From positions 121,237 through 185,236 of the forward strand of contig CALWHE010000002.1 of the NCBI GenBank assembly GCA_944380295.1: a stretch of 64,000 nucleotides of DNA, written 5' to 3'. Positions 38,961 to 48,139 of this stretch are shown piece after piece. Source of the DNA: an uncultured Christensenellaceae bacterium (lineage in GTDB: Bacteria; Bacillota; Clostridia; Christensenellales; UBA3700). The notes under the pieces are model-generated. The model had not been told where the DNA came from and did not search any database. It saw nothing but the letters and a program-made list of their open reading frames with translations. Made by a program: the position numbers and the translations under genes. Position 1 is the stretch's first letter; each line of letters begins with the position of its first letter.

Positions 38961-39670
38961 CATGCTCTTGCATGCAAAAAGCGGCGGAGCGGAAAGCGCG
39001 CAAACTCTTGCCGCAAGCGCAGAAAGCACAGCGTGCAAACAGATAAATCGACGATGTTTTTTGAGCCACGGCAAGTCAAAACGGCAACGCAAACCCGCAA
39101 AACGGCGGTAGCAACACGCCGAGAGCGATCGACGGCGACTTTCACCACAACAATACGCACCGCAATATTAGTGCAAATAACGGACATAATATCGTGCATG
39201 CCTCAAACCGCTTTTCCCGATCCGGCGGCACTTTGCAAAGCAAATTTGTTGCCATAAAATTTAACTTATATGACGATAATGCACATAACATACATACTAT
39301 AATGAAATTTCCGCAAGCAGTATTTCCTGAGAAAAAGCGCGCTGCACTCAATAAATCTTTCGGACGACGGCAAATATGGATCGGCAAATTTGAGTGCAAA
39401 TAAAATACATAACTTTGACAACCGCATAATACGCAGACGCACCGCTAACACATGCAAGCAGCGACGGCTCAATACAAACACGCCGTCTACCCGTTAAACC
39501 GCTGCGGCTTGATGCACACGTGCCGCTAACTTATGCAAGCACAGATACGATGGCTGCGCGCTTGCATAAGCTCTTGTGCTTGCCTGACGACCGCCCGGCG
39601 CAAGAAGTTTTGTTACGTGATATGCGATACAAAACGGATACTTGTTCAAAACGTATCTCAAACGGATAAA

Positions 39671-39702
39671 ACAAGGGCGGAATATCCCTATCCCGCCCTT
39701 GT
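39671..39702 (-). terminator. Rho-independent terminator of the response-regulator gene
   Basis: acaagggcgg-(12 nt)-ccgcccttgt. On the minus strand the stem is followed by ttttatccgttt. It lies about 30 nt after the stop at 39731. Confidence 0.75.
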
Positions 39703-39730
39703 GAAAAACTTCGATCGAACTTTTGCGCCG

Positions 39731-40402
39731 TTACGCGTTCTCGTTCCAGATGTAGCCGACGTTTTTAATCGTCTGCAAATACTTCTCCGCGCCGTAATTT
39801 TTGAGTATCTTGCGCAGATTGGACACATAGACCTCCGTCACCGAGAGCACGGTGTTGCAATCTTCGCCCCACACGTAATTGTAAAGCTGCTCCTTGTTGA
39901 CCACGATGTTGCGGTTGCGGACAAAATATTCCATGATGTCATACATCTTGCCGGAGAGCTTGACGTATTTGCCGTCTACGGTGAGCATTTTGGTCTTGAC
40001 GTCCAGTTTAATGTTGCCCAGTTCGTATACGTTGTTTTTGAAGAGATTGTTGGCGCGGCGCAGCACAGCCTCCACGCGCGCTTTGAGTTCTCTCACGCTA
40101 ATTGGAGCATGCACGTATTCGTCCGCGCCCAGCTCCAAAATATCGGCAGCCAATTCGGAATTATCCATATCGCTGAAAATGACCAGCGGCACATTGCTGC
40201 GCTTCCTCAGCTGCGTGATAAATTCTATGCAGTTCATTTTGGAGATCTTGATGTCCGTGACGACCAGATCGTAAACGTTTGAAGAGGCTCTGAAGAGAGC
40301 GTCTTCGCCGTCTTCGCACACATAGCATTCTCCGATGTCTTTCATAACGGAACACACGTTTTCACAGGCGTCCGAGCCGCCTTTGCAAATCAAAACTTTC
40401 AT
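39731..40402 (-). CDS. OmpR/PhoB-family response regulator, orphan, with atypical receiver domain
   Basis: 223 aa. The C-terminal winged-helix trans_reg_C pattern is present (LTVDGKYVKLSGKMYDIMEYFVRNRNIVVNKEQLYNYVWG...VSNLRKIL...IKNVGYIW). The receiver has the phospho-acceptor context DLVVTDIKISKM. It lacks the N-terminal acidic pair (MKVLICKGGSD) and the conserved Lys (YVHAPIS instead of xxKPF). No histidine kinase gene is in the window. Confidence 0.85.
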   Translation of the reverse strand: MKVLICKGGSDACENVCSVMKDIGECYVCEDGEDALFRASSNVYDLVVTDIKISKMNCIEFITQLRKRSNVPLVIFSDMDNSELAADILELGADEYVHAPISVRELKARVEAVLRRANNLFKNNVYELGNIKLDVKTKMLTVDGKYVKLSGKMYDIMEYFVRNRNIVVNKEQLYNYVWGEDCNTVLSVTEVYVSNLRKILKNYGAEKYLQTIKNVGYIWNENA

Positions 40403-41127
40403 TTCATCACCCTAATTGCTTTATTTGCCCCCGTTTTCACAAGGGCGTCGCATCTTCCGGATCGCTCCGGCTCCTTAAGATAATTATAGCATAAATACCA
40501 TAAAAATCAAGCGGCAAATGTAAAATAATTTGCATTTTACCGAAATTTTTATTTTTTTATCCGTATATAGACACATGGGCGGAATTAGTTGAAAAAACAA
40601 GTATTTTGCGCAAAGTTCGCCGCCGCCCGCGCAAACCGCATAATCAGAGAAAAATATATATTTTTCGCGCCGCCTACATTAACTTTCACTATACTTTGCC
40701 TAAACGAGATTGCCCGATATGTAACGGTAATTTACATTAAGCTTGCGATAAACGCAAAAACCGTTGCTTATAGGGCTCGCTTATCGGTTTGGCATGCTCC
40801 TTGTATTCCCCTCGGTAAATATTATCCGCCGCACAATATAATAAATACCATATTTATCAAAGCAAAGCAGCTTCCGAAGTGCTTACCATACCATCATTGA
40901 ATATATCTTTTGCCGCAATGCATACCTCCGCCGCGCTCGTTTTCCCTTTGCGCTCGTCTTTTCCCGCCGCTCTTGCCACCTCTTTGCCGCTTATGCTTAC
41001 AACCGCCTCCGCACCCGTCCGCCCGTGCTCCGGCACAACGGCGGCAAAGCCGGGAGCGCGAGCGTTTTTACAAGGTTTTTACATAGTAAAACTTATCGTT
41101 TTGTTTGCAAAAACCGTGCGTTTTTTG

Positions 41128-41171
41128 TTGACATAAAAATTTGCCGTTGCTATAATGTTAGCACACTAACA
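41128..41171 (+). promoter_or_regulatory. Consensus promoter of the marR-ABC operon with overlapping inverted repeat (candidate MarR operator)
   Basis: TTGACA (41128-41133) - 17 nt - TATAAT (41151-41156) with an extended -10 (TGcTATAAT). Inverted repeat tgttag-caca-ctaaca at 41156-41171 covers the expected transcription start. Confidence 0.7.
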
Positions 41172-41185
41172 GTTGAGGAGAGGCG

Positions 41186-41629
41186 ATGAGCGAGCGGGAA
41201 ATAGGTTACGAAATAAGAGTTTTGAACAATACCATTCGCAACCGCATAAATAAGATAAAAGCGGCGGACGAAACGGCGTCGCAAGCCACGCGCCTGCAAG
41301 CGTGGGTGACGGCGTTCGTGTTCGAAGCCAAACAGCCCGTCTATCAAAAAGACATAGAAACGGAATTCGAGATAAAGCGCTCCACGGCGTCTATCCTTTT
41401 GAACGGCATGGAGAAAAACGGACTGATAACGCGCACGTCCGTGGATCACGACGCCAGATTAAAGCGCATCGTGCTCACGGAAAAAGCGATCGAAATGCAC
41501 GAAAAATATCTCTCCATAGCCAAAACGTTGGAGAGGCAGCTGCAAAACGGTTTGAGCAAAAGCGAGCTTGACGCGTTTTTTGCCACGCTGGACAAGATAT
41601 GCGCCAACGCGCGCACCATGAAGTTGTAA
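41186..41629 (+). CDS. MarR-family transcriptional regulator
   Basis: 147 aa with SD gaggagagg. The layout is typical of MarR winged-helix proteins (QKDIETEFEIKRSTASILLNGMEKNGLITRTSVDHDARLKRIVLTEKA). Confidence 0.85.
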   Translation: MSEREIGYEIRVLNNTIRNRINKIKAADETASQATRLQAWVTAFVFEAKQPVYQKDIETEFEIKRSTASILLNGMEKNGLITRTSVDHDARLKRIVLTEKAIEMHEKYLSIAKTLERQLQNGLSKSELDAFFATLDKICANARTMKL

Positions 41630-41666
41630 CAAATTTTCGGGCGGCTGCGCCGCCTTCGGAGGCAAA

Positions 41667-43442
41667 ATGATAAAGACATTGGCAAAAAGTATCCGCGAAT
41701 ACAAAACCGCGAGTATCTTGACGCCCACCATGGTTTCGCTGGAAGTGCTGCTTGAAGTGCTTATCCCCTTTGTAACGGCGGATCTTATCACTTATATGCA
41801 GGAAAACGGCGGCAGCATGGACATCACCAAGATAGTGATCTACGGCGTCATTCTGGTGGTGATGGCGATGGCGTCATTGCTCACGGGCATGCTGTCGGGT
41901 AAATTCTGCGCCACGGCGTCTACGGGGTTTGCCAAAAACCTGCGCCACGACATGTATTACCGCATACAGCAGTATTCGTTTGAAAACATCGACAAGTTTT
42001 CCACCTCTTCCCTCATCACGCGCATGACCACGGACGTGACCAACGTGCAGATGGCATATATGATGATAATCCGCATCGCCGTGCGCACGCCGCTCATGCT
42101 GGTGTGCTGCATCGTGATGACCTTTTTCGTCAACGTATATATGGCTCTGATATATATGGTGATCGCTCCGCTGGTGGGCGTGGCGCTGTTTTTGATCGCA
42201 TTCAAGGTCAAGCCCATCTTTACCAAGGTGTTCAAAAAATACGACGCGCTCAACGAAGACGTGCAGGAAAACGTGCGCGCCGCCCGCGTGGTCAAAGCCT
42301 ATGTGCGCGAGGACTACGAAAAGGAAAAGTTCGGCAAAAAAGCCGACAACATCAAGGGCGACTTCACCCGCGCGGAAAAGATATTGGCGCTCAACTCCCC
42401 CGTCATGCAGTTTTCCATTTACGCCTGCATGTTGTTTGTCGCCATACTGGGTTCGCTTTTGGTGGTGAACAGCGATAACGGCAATGTGCAGACCACTTTC
42501 GGCGCGCTGCAAGTGGGCGACATCTCCTCGCTCATCTCTTATGCCTTTATGATGTTGCAAAGCCTGATGATGATAGCCATGATCGCGGTGATGGTGTCCA
42601 TGGCGGTCACCAGTGCACAGCGTATCACGGAAGTGCTCAACGAAGAAAGCACTCTGCACGACCCCGAATCACCCGCGACCGAGGTGAAAGACGGCTCCAT
42701 CCGCTTTGACAAGGTGTCTTTCAGCTATGTGGGCGACAAGGAAAAGCTCAGCCTCTTTGACATCGACCTCGATATCCCCTCCGGCGCCACGGTGGGCATT
42801 TTGGGCGGCACGGGCTCTTCAAAATCCACGCTGGTGCAGCTCATACCCCGTCTTTACGACGCCACTTTGGGCGGCGTTTACGTGGGCGGCAGGAACGTGA
42901 AGGAATACGATCTGGACACCTTGCGCAACAGCGTTGCCATGGTGCTGCAAAAGAACACGCTCTTCTCCGGCACCATCAAGGAAAACATGCGCTGGGGCGA
43001 CCTCAACGCCACGGACGAAGAGATAGAAGAGGCGTGCAAAAACGCGCAGGCGGACTCTTTTATCCAGACCTTCCCCAAAAAATACGACACATACATAGAG
43101 CAAGGCGGCACCAACGTGTCCGGCGGACAAAGGCAGAGGCTGTGCATAGCGCGCGCCCTGCTGAAAAAGCCCAAGATAATCATCTTTGACGACTCCACTT
43201 CCGCGGTGGACACCAAGACGGACGCGCTCATCCGCAAGGCGCTCAAAGAAAACATACCGGGCACGACCAAGATCTTTATCGCCCAGCGCATATCTTCCGT
43301 GCAGGACGCGGACATGATAATCGTGCTGGAAGGCGGTAAGATAGTCGCCAAGGGCACGCATGACGAATTGATGAAAAACAGCGCGCTCTACCGCGAGATA
43401 TACGAAGCGCAAACGCACGGCAGCAAGGAGGAAGAAGCATGA
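41667..43442 (+). CDS. ABC exporter permease/ATPase fusion, subunit 1 of a heterodimer (carries the degenerate nucleotide-binding-site motifs)
   Basis: 591 aa with an N-terminal 6-TM region. NBD with Walker A GGTGSSKST, signature VSGGQRQR, Walker B IIIFDD (Asp in place of the catalytic Glu) and switch IAQR (Gln in place of His). Confidence 0.9.
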   Translation: MIKTLAKSIREYKTASILTPTMVSLEVLLEVLIPFVTADLITYMQENGGSMDITKIVIYGVILVVMAMASLLTGMLSGKFCATASTGFAKNLRHDMYYRIQQYSFENIDKFSTSSLITRMTTDVTNVQMAYMMIIRIAVRTPLMLVCCIVMTFFVNVYMALIYMVIAPLVGVALFLIAFKVKPIFTKVFKKYDALNEDVQENVRAARVVKAYVREDYEKEKFGKKADNIKGDFTRAEKILALNSPVMQFSIYACMLFVAILGSLLVVNSDNGNVQTTFGALQVGDISSLISYAFMMLQSLMMIAMIAVMVSMAVTSAQRITEVLNEESTLHDPESPATEVKDGSIRFDKVSFSYVGDKEKLSLFDIDLDIPSGATVGILGGTGSSKSTLVQLIPRLYDATLGGVYVGGRNVKEYDLDTLRNSVAMVLQKNTLFSGTIKENMRWGDLNATDEEIEEACKNAQADSFIQTFPKKYDTYIEQGGTNVSGGQRQRLCIARALLKKPKIIIFDDSTSAVDTKTDALIRKALKENIPGTTKIFIAQRISSVQDADMIIVLEGGKIVAKGTHDELMKNSALYREIYEAQTHGSKEEEA

Positions 43443-45346
43443 ATAAGACGACTCACAGCAAATCTTCCGCCCTGGGAAGAATGTTCAAAGTGCTCTTCAA
43501 AAATTACAAGGTGCACATGATCTTTGTCTTTTTGGGTATCTTGCTCAGCGTGGCGGGTTCCGCGGGCAATATCCTCATGACCAACACCGTGGTCAGTCAG
43601 GTGGAGAGCATAATCAACACCGTGCGCGCCGGCGGAGAAGCGGACTTTTCGCAGCTGTTCGGCTTTATCACGATAATCGGCATAATTTTTGCCGTATCCG
43701 TGTTCGGCGCCTTTATGTATACCAGACTGATGGCGATAGTCACCCAGTCTTTCCTTGCCGATACGCGTAAGGCGATGTTCAACAAGATGCAGACGCTGCC
43801 CATTCGCTTTTTCGACACCAATAAGACGGGCGACATCATGAGCGTTTACACCAACGACGTGGACGCACTGCGCCAAATGCTTTCGCAGAGCCTGCCTCAA
43901 CTGGTGCTCTCCGGCATGATGCTGCTGGCGGCGATCGTCATCATGCTGCTTTACAGCCTGTGGCTCTCCATCGTCATCGCCCTGTGCGCGGTGGTGATGG
44001 TGCTGCTCTCCCGCCACATTGCGGGCAAATCGGTCAAATACTTTATCCGTCAGCAGGATTCGCTGGGCAAAGTGAACGGCTATATAGAAGAATCCCTGCA
44101 AGGACAAAAAGTGATCAAGGTGTTCGTGCACGAGCGCGAATCGGAAAAAGCCTTTGACCAAGTGAACGGCGAGCTGTTCCACTCCGCGGAAAAGGCGAAT
44201 AAATACAGCAATATCCTCATGCCCATTCTTGCCAACGTGGGCAATATGACTTACGTCATCATCGCCATCGTGGGCGCGGCGTTCATTCTCACGGACGTAA
44301 CCAACGTCAGCCTGCGCGGCACGGGCGTGTTCGACGTGGCGATAGTGGTGATGTTTTTGCAGCTGAGCATGATGTTCTCCCGCCAGGTGGGCATGGTGTC
44401 GCAGCAGGTAAACTCCATCGCCATGGGCATTGCGGGCGCGCAGCGTATCTTCACGCTGATAGACGAAGAACCGGAAAAAGACAACGGTTACGTCATGCTG
44501 GTGAGCGCGAAATACGACGAGGACGGCAACCTCACCGAGAGCGAAACGCGCACCGGTCTGTGGGCGTGGAAACACTATCACAAAGCCACAAATACCACCA
44601 CTTTCCAAAAGCTGGAAGGCGACATTTATATAGAGCACATGGACTTTGGCTATTCGCCGGAAAAACTGGTGCTCAAAGACATATCCCTTTATGCCAAGCC
44701 GGGACAAAAAGTGGCGTTTGTGGGCGCAACGGGCGCGGGCAAGACCACGATAACCAACCTCATCAATCGTTTTTACGACATTGACGACGGCAAGATACGT
44801 TACGACGGCATCAACATCAATAAGATCAAAAAGCCAGATCTGCGCAGGTCTTTGGGCATGGTGCTGCAAGACACCAACCTCTTCACCGGCACCATCATGG
44901 AGAATATCCGTTACGGCAAACTGGACGCCACGGACGAAGACTGCATAAAGGCGGCAAAGATAGCCAACGCTTACGACTTTATTACCCGCCTGCCCGACGG
45001 CTTCAACACCATGCTGGAATCGGACGGCGCCAACCTTTCGCAGGGTCAGCGCCAGCTGCTCTCCATCGCCCGCGCGGCGGTGGCGGACGCACCGGTGATG
45101 ATACTGGACGAAGCCACTTCCTCCATCGATACTCACACGGAAAAACTGGTGCAGGACGGCATGGATAAGCTGATGGAAGGCAGAACGGTGTTTGTGATAG
45201 CGCACCGCCTCTCCACCGTGCGCAACTCCGACGTGATCATGGTGCTCGACCACGGCAGCATCATAGAGCGCGGCACGCACGAACAGCTGATAGAGAAAAA
45301 GGGAGTTTACTATCAGCTCTATACCGGCGCGTTCGAATTGGAATAA
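43439..45346 (+). CDS. ABC exporter permease/ATPase fusion, subunit 2 of the heterodimer
   Basis: 635 aa. The start overlaps the upstream stop (ATGA). Walker A GATGAGKTT, Walker B VMILDEATSSID and H-loop IAHRLST are canonical; the signature is LSQGQRQL instead of LSGGQ. Confidence 0.9.
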   Translation: MNKTTHSKSSALGRMFKVLFKNYKVHMIFVFLGILLSVAGSAGNILMTNTVVSQVESIINTVRAGGEADFSQLFGFITIIGIIFAVSVFGAFMYTRLMAIVTQSFLADTRKAMFNKMQTLPIRFFDTNKTGDIMSVYTNDVDALRQMLSQSLPQLVLSGMMLLAAIVIMLLYSLWLSIVIALCAVVMVLLSRHIAGKSVKYFIRQQDSLGKVNGYIEESLQGQKVIKVFVHERESEKAFDQVNGELFHSAEKANKYSNILMPILANVGNMTYVIIAIVGAAFILTDVTNVSLRGTGVFDVAIVVMFLQLSMMFSRQVGMVSQQVNSIAMGIAGAQRIFTLIDEEPEKDNGYVMLVSAKYDEDGNLTESETRTGLWAWKHYHKATNTTTFQKLEGDIYIEHMDFGYSPEKLVLKDISLYAKPGQKVAFVGATGAGKTTITNLINRFYDIDDGKIRYDGININKIKKPDLRRSLGMVLQDTNLFTGTIMENIRYGKLDATDEDCIKAAKIANAYDFITRLPDGFNTMLESDGANLSQGQRQLLSIARAAVADAPVMILDEATSSIDTHTEKLVQDGMDKLMEGRTVFVIAHRLSTVRNSDVIMVLDHGSIIERGTHEQLIEKKGVYYQLYTGAFELE

Positions 45347-45374
45347 AACGCAAAAGACAAACCGGGACAAAGCC

Positions 45375-45404
45375 AAAGGGGACGGCGCGCGCCGTCCCCT
45401 TTTT
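45375..45404. terminator. Bidirectional rho-independent terminator between convergent genes
   Basis: aaaggggacggcgc|gcgccgtccccttttt. It contains a 22-nt perfect GC-rich palindrome flanked by an A-run and a T-run. It lies between the ABC stop (45346) and the LRR lipoprotein stop (45433). Confidence 0.85.
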
Positions 45405-45432
45405 ATGCTGCTTTATTTGCGCGGGATCCCGC

Positions 45433-46470
45433 TCACTGCGCGGAAAAGGTGGTGAAAAGATATTGCAGCGTGTATGTCACGCCCGCTATCTCCACCTTGT
45501 AATGGGAAGCGTCAGTCACGGCATAAGGCAAACCTTGCAGGGAAGTTGCGGGAGCGTCTTCTCCCGACAAGCCGTGGATGTGCGCTCCGCTATTGGTGCA
45601 GCCCGCGGGGTGGATCAGCCCGGAGAGCGTTTCAAACTGTTCCCCGTCATTGAGCTTTATCCACTGATCGAGTTCCGCCTCGTCTTTGGCGGGCACGTAA
45701 AAACGCATGTCCTTGTCCACTTCAAAGGCGTTGTCTTCCACAAAGATCTCCGCCGTCCTGCCCTGATTTATCGTCACGGCGGAGATCTTCACGCCCGCAA
45801 AAGCGCCCGCGCATATGCGCTTGACGTTTGCCCCCACATACACGTTTTTAATGCTCTTGTTGCCGGAAAAAGCGCCCGGCGCAACGATGTCCGCCGTAAT
45901 GGTGTAATCTTCGCCCGCGCTGCGCGCCGCCGGCACCAGATAAAGCGTGACTTCTCCGTTTTCTCCCACGCCGTATAATCCGTAATCGCGCTCTTCGTCC
46001 ACATAGTAACAGCCGCGCTCACGGCTGTCCCCGCGCACGCTCAGCTCGCGCAAATCGTGCATGCCCGCCAAGGCGTTGTCCGTCAGCGTCACGTTGGTAT
46101 AAGGAAAATCTTCCAAATTACTGACGGTGCTGCCGGCAAAAGCGTTGGGATAAATGGTCAGCCGCTCAAAGCCGGCGTCAAACTCTACCTGGTCTATCTT
46201 GGCTCCGGCAAAGGCGTTTTCCGCAATGATGGTGACTTCCGCGTTGATGCCCAGCGCGTCGTCTTGCAAACGGGGCAGGATCTTGCAATAAGTCGCCCCT
46301 TCCACCGCGCCTATCACGGTGGCAAACTGACCGTCTACCTTGTATTTTACGCCCTGGTTGCTGTATATGCCGTCGCCTTCTTCCTGAATGTTCACGCACG
46401 CGGCGAGCGCCGTGACGCAGACAACGGCAAGAATTATCGTTATTATGAGCGCAAGCGCCGCTTTTTTCAT
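45433..46470 (-). CDS. Lipoprotein with BspA-type leucine-rich repeats
   Basis: 345 aa. MKKAALALIITIILAVVCVTALAAC (L-A-A-C lipobox). Repeats of the form IAENAFAGAKIDQVEF, IYPNAFAGSTVSNL, LTDNALAGMHDLRELSV, ICAGAFAGVKISAVTI, VEDNAFEVDKDMRFYV. Confidence 0.65.
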   Translation of the reverse strand: MKKAALALIITIILAVVCVTALAACVNIQEEGDGIYSNQGVKYKVDGQFATVIGAVEGATYCKILPRLQDDALGINAEVTIIAENAFAGAKIDQVEFDAGFERLTIYPNAFAGSTVSNLEDFPYTNVTLTDNALAGMHDLRELSVRGDSRERGCYYVDEERDYGLYGVGENGEVTLYLVPAARSAGEDYTITADIVAPGAFSGNKSIKNVYVGANVKRICAGAFAGVKISAVTINQGRTAEIFVEDNAFEVDKDMRFYVPAKDEAELDQWIKLNDGEQFETLSGLIHPAGCTNSGAHIHGLSGEDAPATSLQGLPYAVTDASHYKVEIAGVTYTLQYLFTTFSAQ

Positions 46471-46623
46471 AACATTTCCTCCTGCTTACTGATATTATAC
46501 ATAAAAACGCGCCCGCAGTCAATACGCAAAATAAACGCCCGCGCGCACACCCGGGCGACCCGGCGCTCCGGCAAAGCGGCGCCTGAAAAGGCGCCGCCGC
46601 ATATTTATGTAAATTTTTGCAAA

Positions 46624-48042
46624 TTATTCGTTCTTGTTTGCCTCGTCTTTCTCCGCGCTCTCCGCCGCGGCGTCCTGCGCGGCATTGCCGCCCTCTTCCG
46701 CCTCGGCTTCCTCGCGGGCGGCTTGCAGCACCGCCCGGCGCAGCCTGTCAGCGTCTTTTGTCACAAACACGACGGGGATTATCGCCAGCGCAGCCACCAC
46801 GGCGGCGGCGAGGAATATTTCAAACGGCGGCGCGGCAATGCCCTCGTCGTGCGCGTCAAAGGAGTTGATACCTATCACCAGCGCGATGACGGGACCTATC
46901 ACCATGGGCACCAGCACGGTGAAACACATTCTCACGCCCTGGAAGCGCCCTTCGCACCCCTTAGGGATATAGTCCTGGAAAGCGGACATCAAACCGCCGC
47001 TCAGGCAGAGCATGGACCCCAGCATGACGGTGCCGCCCACATAGAGCATGGGCAGATATGCGCTTTCACCCATGAATTTGACAAGATAGATCAAAAGCGT
47101 GCCCAGCACCACCACGCAGATGAGCGGCAGATAGAAAAACTTCCTGCCTATCTTGTCGTAAAGCACGCCGATAACACCCGTGATCAGCGCGGAAAGCACG
47201 ATCACCACGCCCAGCGGCAGCATATAATCGGTTATGCCCAAAGTGACCGTGATAAAGTTGATGAGATAGGACATGAACGTCTGCTGCGCAATGCCCACCA
47301 GGCAGAGCGCGGCAAGACAGACATACATATACTTGTTGTTTTTTGCCACGCTCGGACGGAAACCGTAAAACACGTCGGAAAACTTTTTCATGTCCGAACG
47401 GGTGAGGTGCGGCGCGTCTTTGACCAAAAACACGGAAATTATGCCGCATACGATGGGTATCACGCCCAAGATGATGAAAAACAACGTGTAATTGCCCTTG
47501 TCGTAAGTGAACATGGCGATGACGATGGCGATGACCGTTGCCAGCACGGGCATGACGGAGAGCACCGTGTTGACCTTGCCGCGATTGGTGCCGTCCGTGA
47601 CGTCGGTCACCCAGGCGTTGAACGCCGCGTCATTGGCGGTGGAGCCGGCAAACGTCATCACGCAGTCGAAAATGACCAAAAGCGCCATCACCATGCCGCT
47701 TTTCCCCGAATCGAAGTCCATCGGGATGACGGCAAACAGCATGATGGTGAAGCCCCACACTATGTAACCGGCAGAGATGAGCGCTTTTCTGCGCCCTATC
47801 TTATCGCTGAACGCACCGGCAAAAATGGTGGTCAGCGTGGCGGTGAGCGCGGACAAGATCACCATCAGCGTGGTGGCGATATAATAATTGCTGCCGAATT
47901 TGCTCACGTCTTCAAAAAGGTCTTGGGCAAAGGTGGCAAAATACATGTTTTCTATTATCCAGGCTATCTGACCGATAAGCCCGCACAACAGCACGCTGCC
48001 CCATATCCTGCCGCCCAAGCGCGTGGATCTTGACTTTATCAT
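46624..48042 (-). CDS. MFS-type transporter (12-TM-like) with short acidic Ala-rich C-terminal tail
   Basis: 472 aa, hydrophobic throughout. SD ggaggga before the ATG at 48042. C-terminal tail LQAAREEAEAEEGGNAAQDAAAESAEKDEANKNE. Confidence 0.75.
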   Translation of the reverse strand: MIKSRSTRLGGRIWGSVLLCGLIGQIAWIIENMYFATFAQDLFEDVSKFGSNYYIATTLMVILSALTATLTTIFAGAFSDKIGRRKALISAGYIVWGFTIMLFAVIPMDFDSGKSGMVMALLVIFDCVMTFAGSTANDAAFNAWVTDVTDGTNRGKVNTVLSVMPVLATVIAIVIAMFTYDKGNYTLFFIILGVIPIVCGIISVFLVKDAPHLTRSDMKKFSDVFYGFRPSVAKNNKYMYVCLAALCLVGIAQQTFMSYLINFITVTLGITDYMLPLGVVIVLSALITGVIGVLYDKIGRKFFYLPLICVVVLGTLLIYLVKFMGESAYLPMLYVGGTVMLGSMLCLSGGLMSAFQDYIPKGCEGRFQGVRMCFTVLVPMVIGPVIALVIGINSFDAHDEGIAAPPFEIFLAAAVVAALAIIPVVFVTKDADRLRRAVLQAAREEAEAEEGGNAAQDAAAESAEKDEANKNE

Positions 48043-48069
48043 AACTTCCCTCCGCTTTTATCTGCTTTA

Positions 48070-48098
48070 ATAATATACCCGTTGCAAACTTTTTTCAA
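48070..48098 (-). promoter_or_regulatory. Putative promoter of the MFS transporter gene
   Basis: Minus strand reads TTGAAA - 17 nt - TATTAT, about 25 nt upstream of the SD. Confidence 0.45.
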
Positions 48099-48139
48099 GA
48101 GGGAATTTCACTTTCAAAGGAAAATTGAAGAAGACCCGC

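Noticed and set aside
38467-39481. Cluster of overlapping 60-125-aa ORFs on both strands in the long intergenic region
   Set aside because: They overlap each other in several frames and translate the tandem repeat into repetitive Arg/Cys/Gly-rich strings. They have no SD sites and are most likely non-coding.
39530-39583. Alternative-pairing inverted repeats (cttatgcaagcaca / gcttgcataag / tgtgcttgc), considered as an invertible promoter switch or attenuator for the giant operon
   Set aside because: The repeats are short (9-11 bp) and lie 1.4 kb from the operon start. No recombinase gene is nearby, and there are no flanking long inverted repeats enclosing a promoter.
40589-41136. ORFs 40589..40900 and 40879..41136 in the regulator/marR divergent intergenic region
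   Set aside because: There is no SD, the composition is odd, and they overlap the promoter region of marR. They are treated as non-coding.
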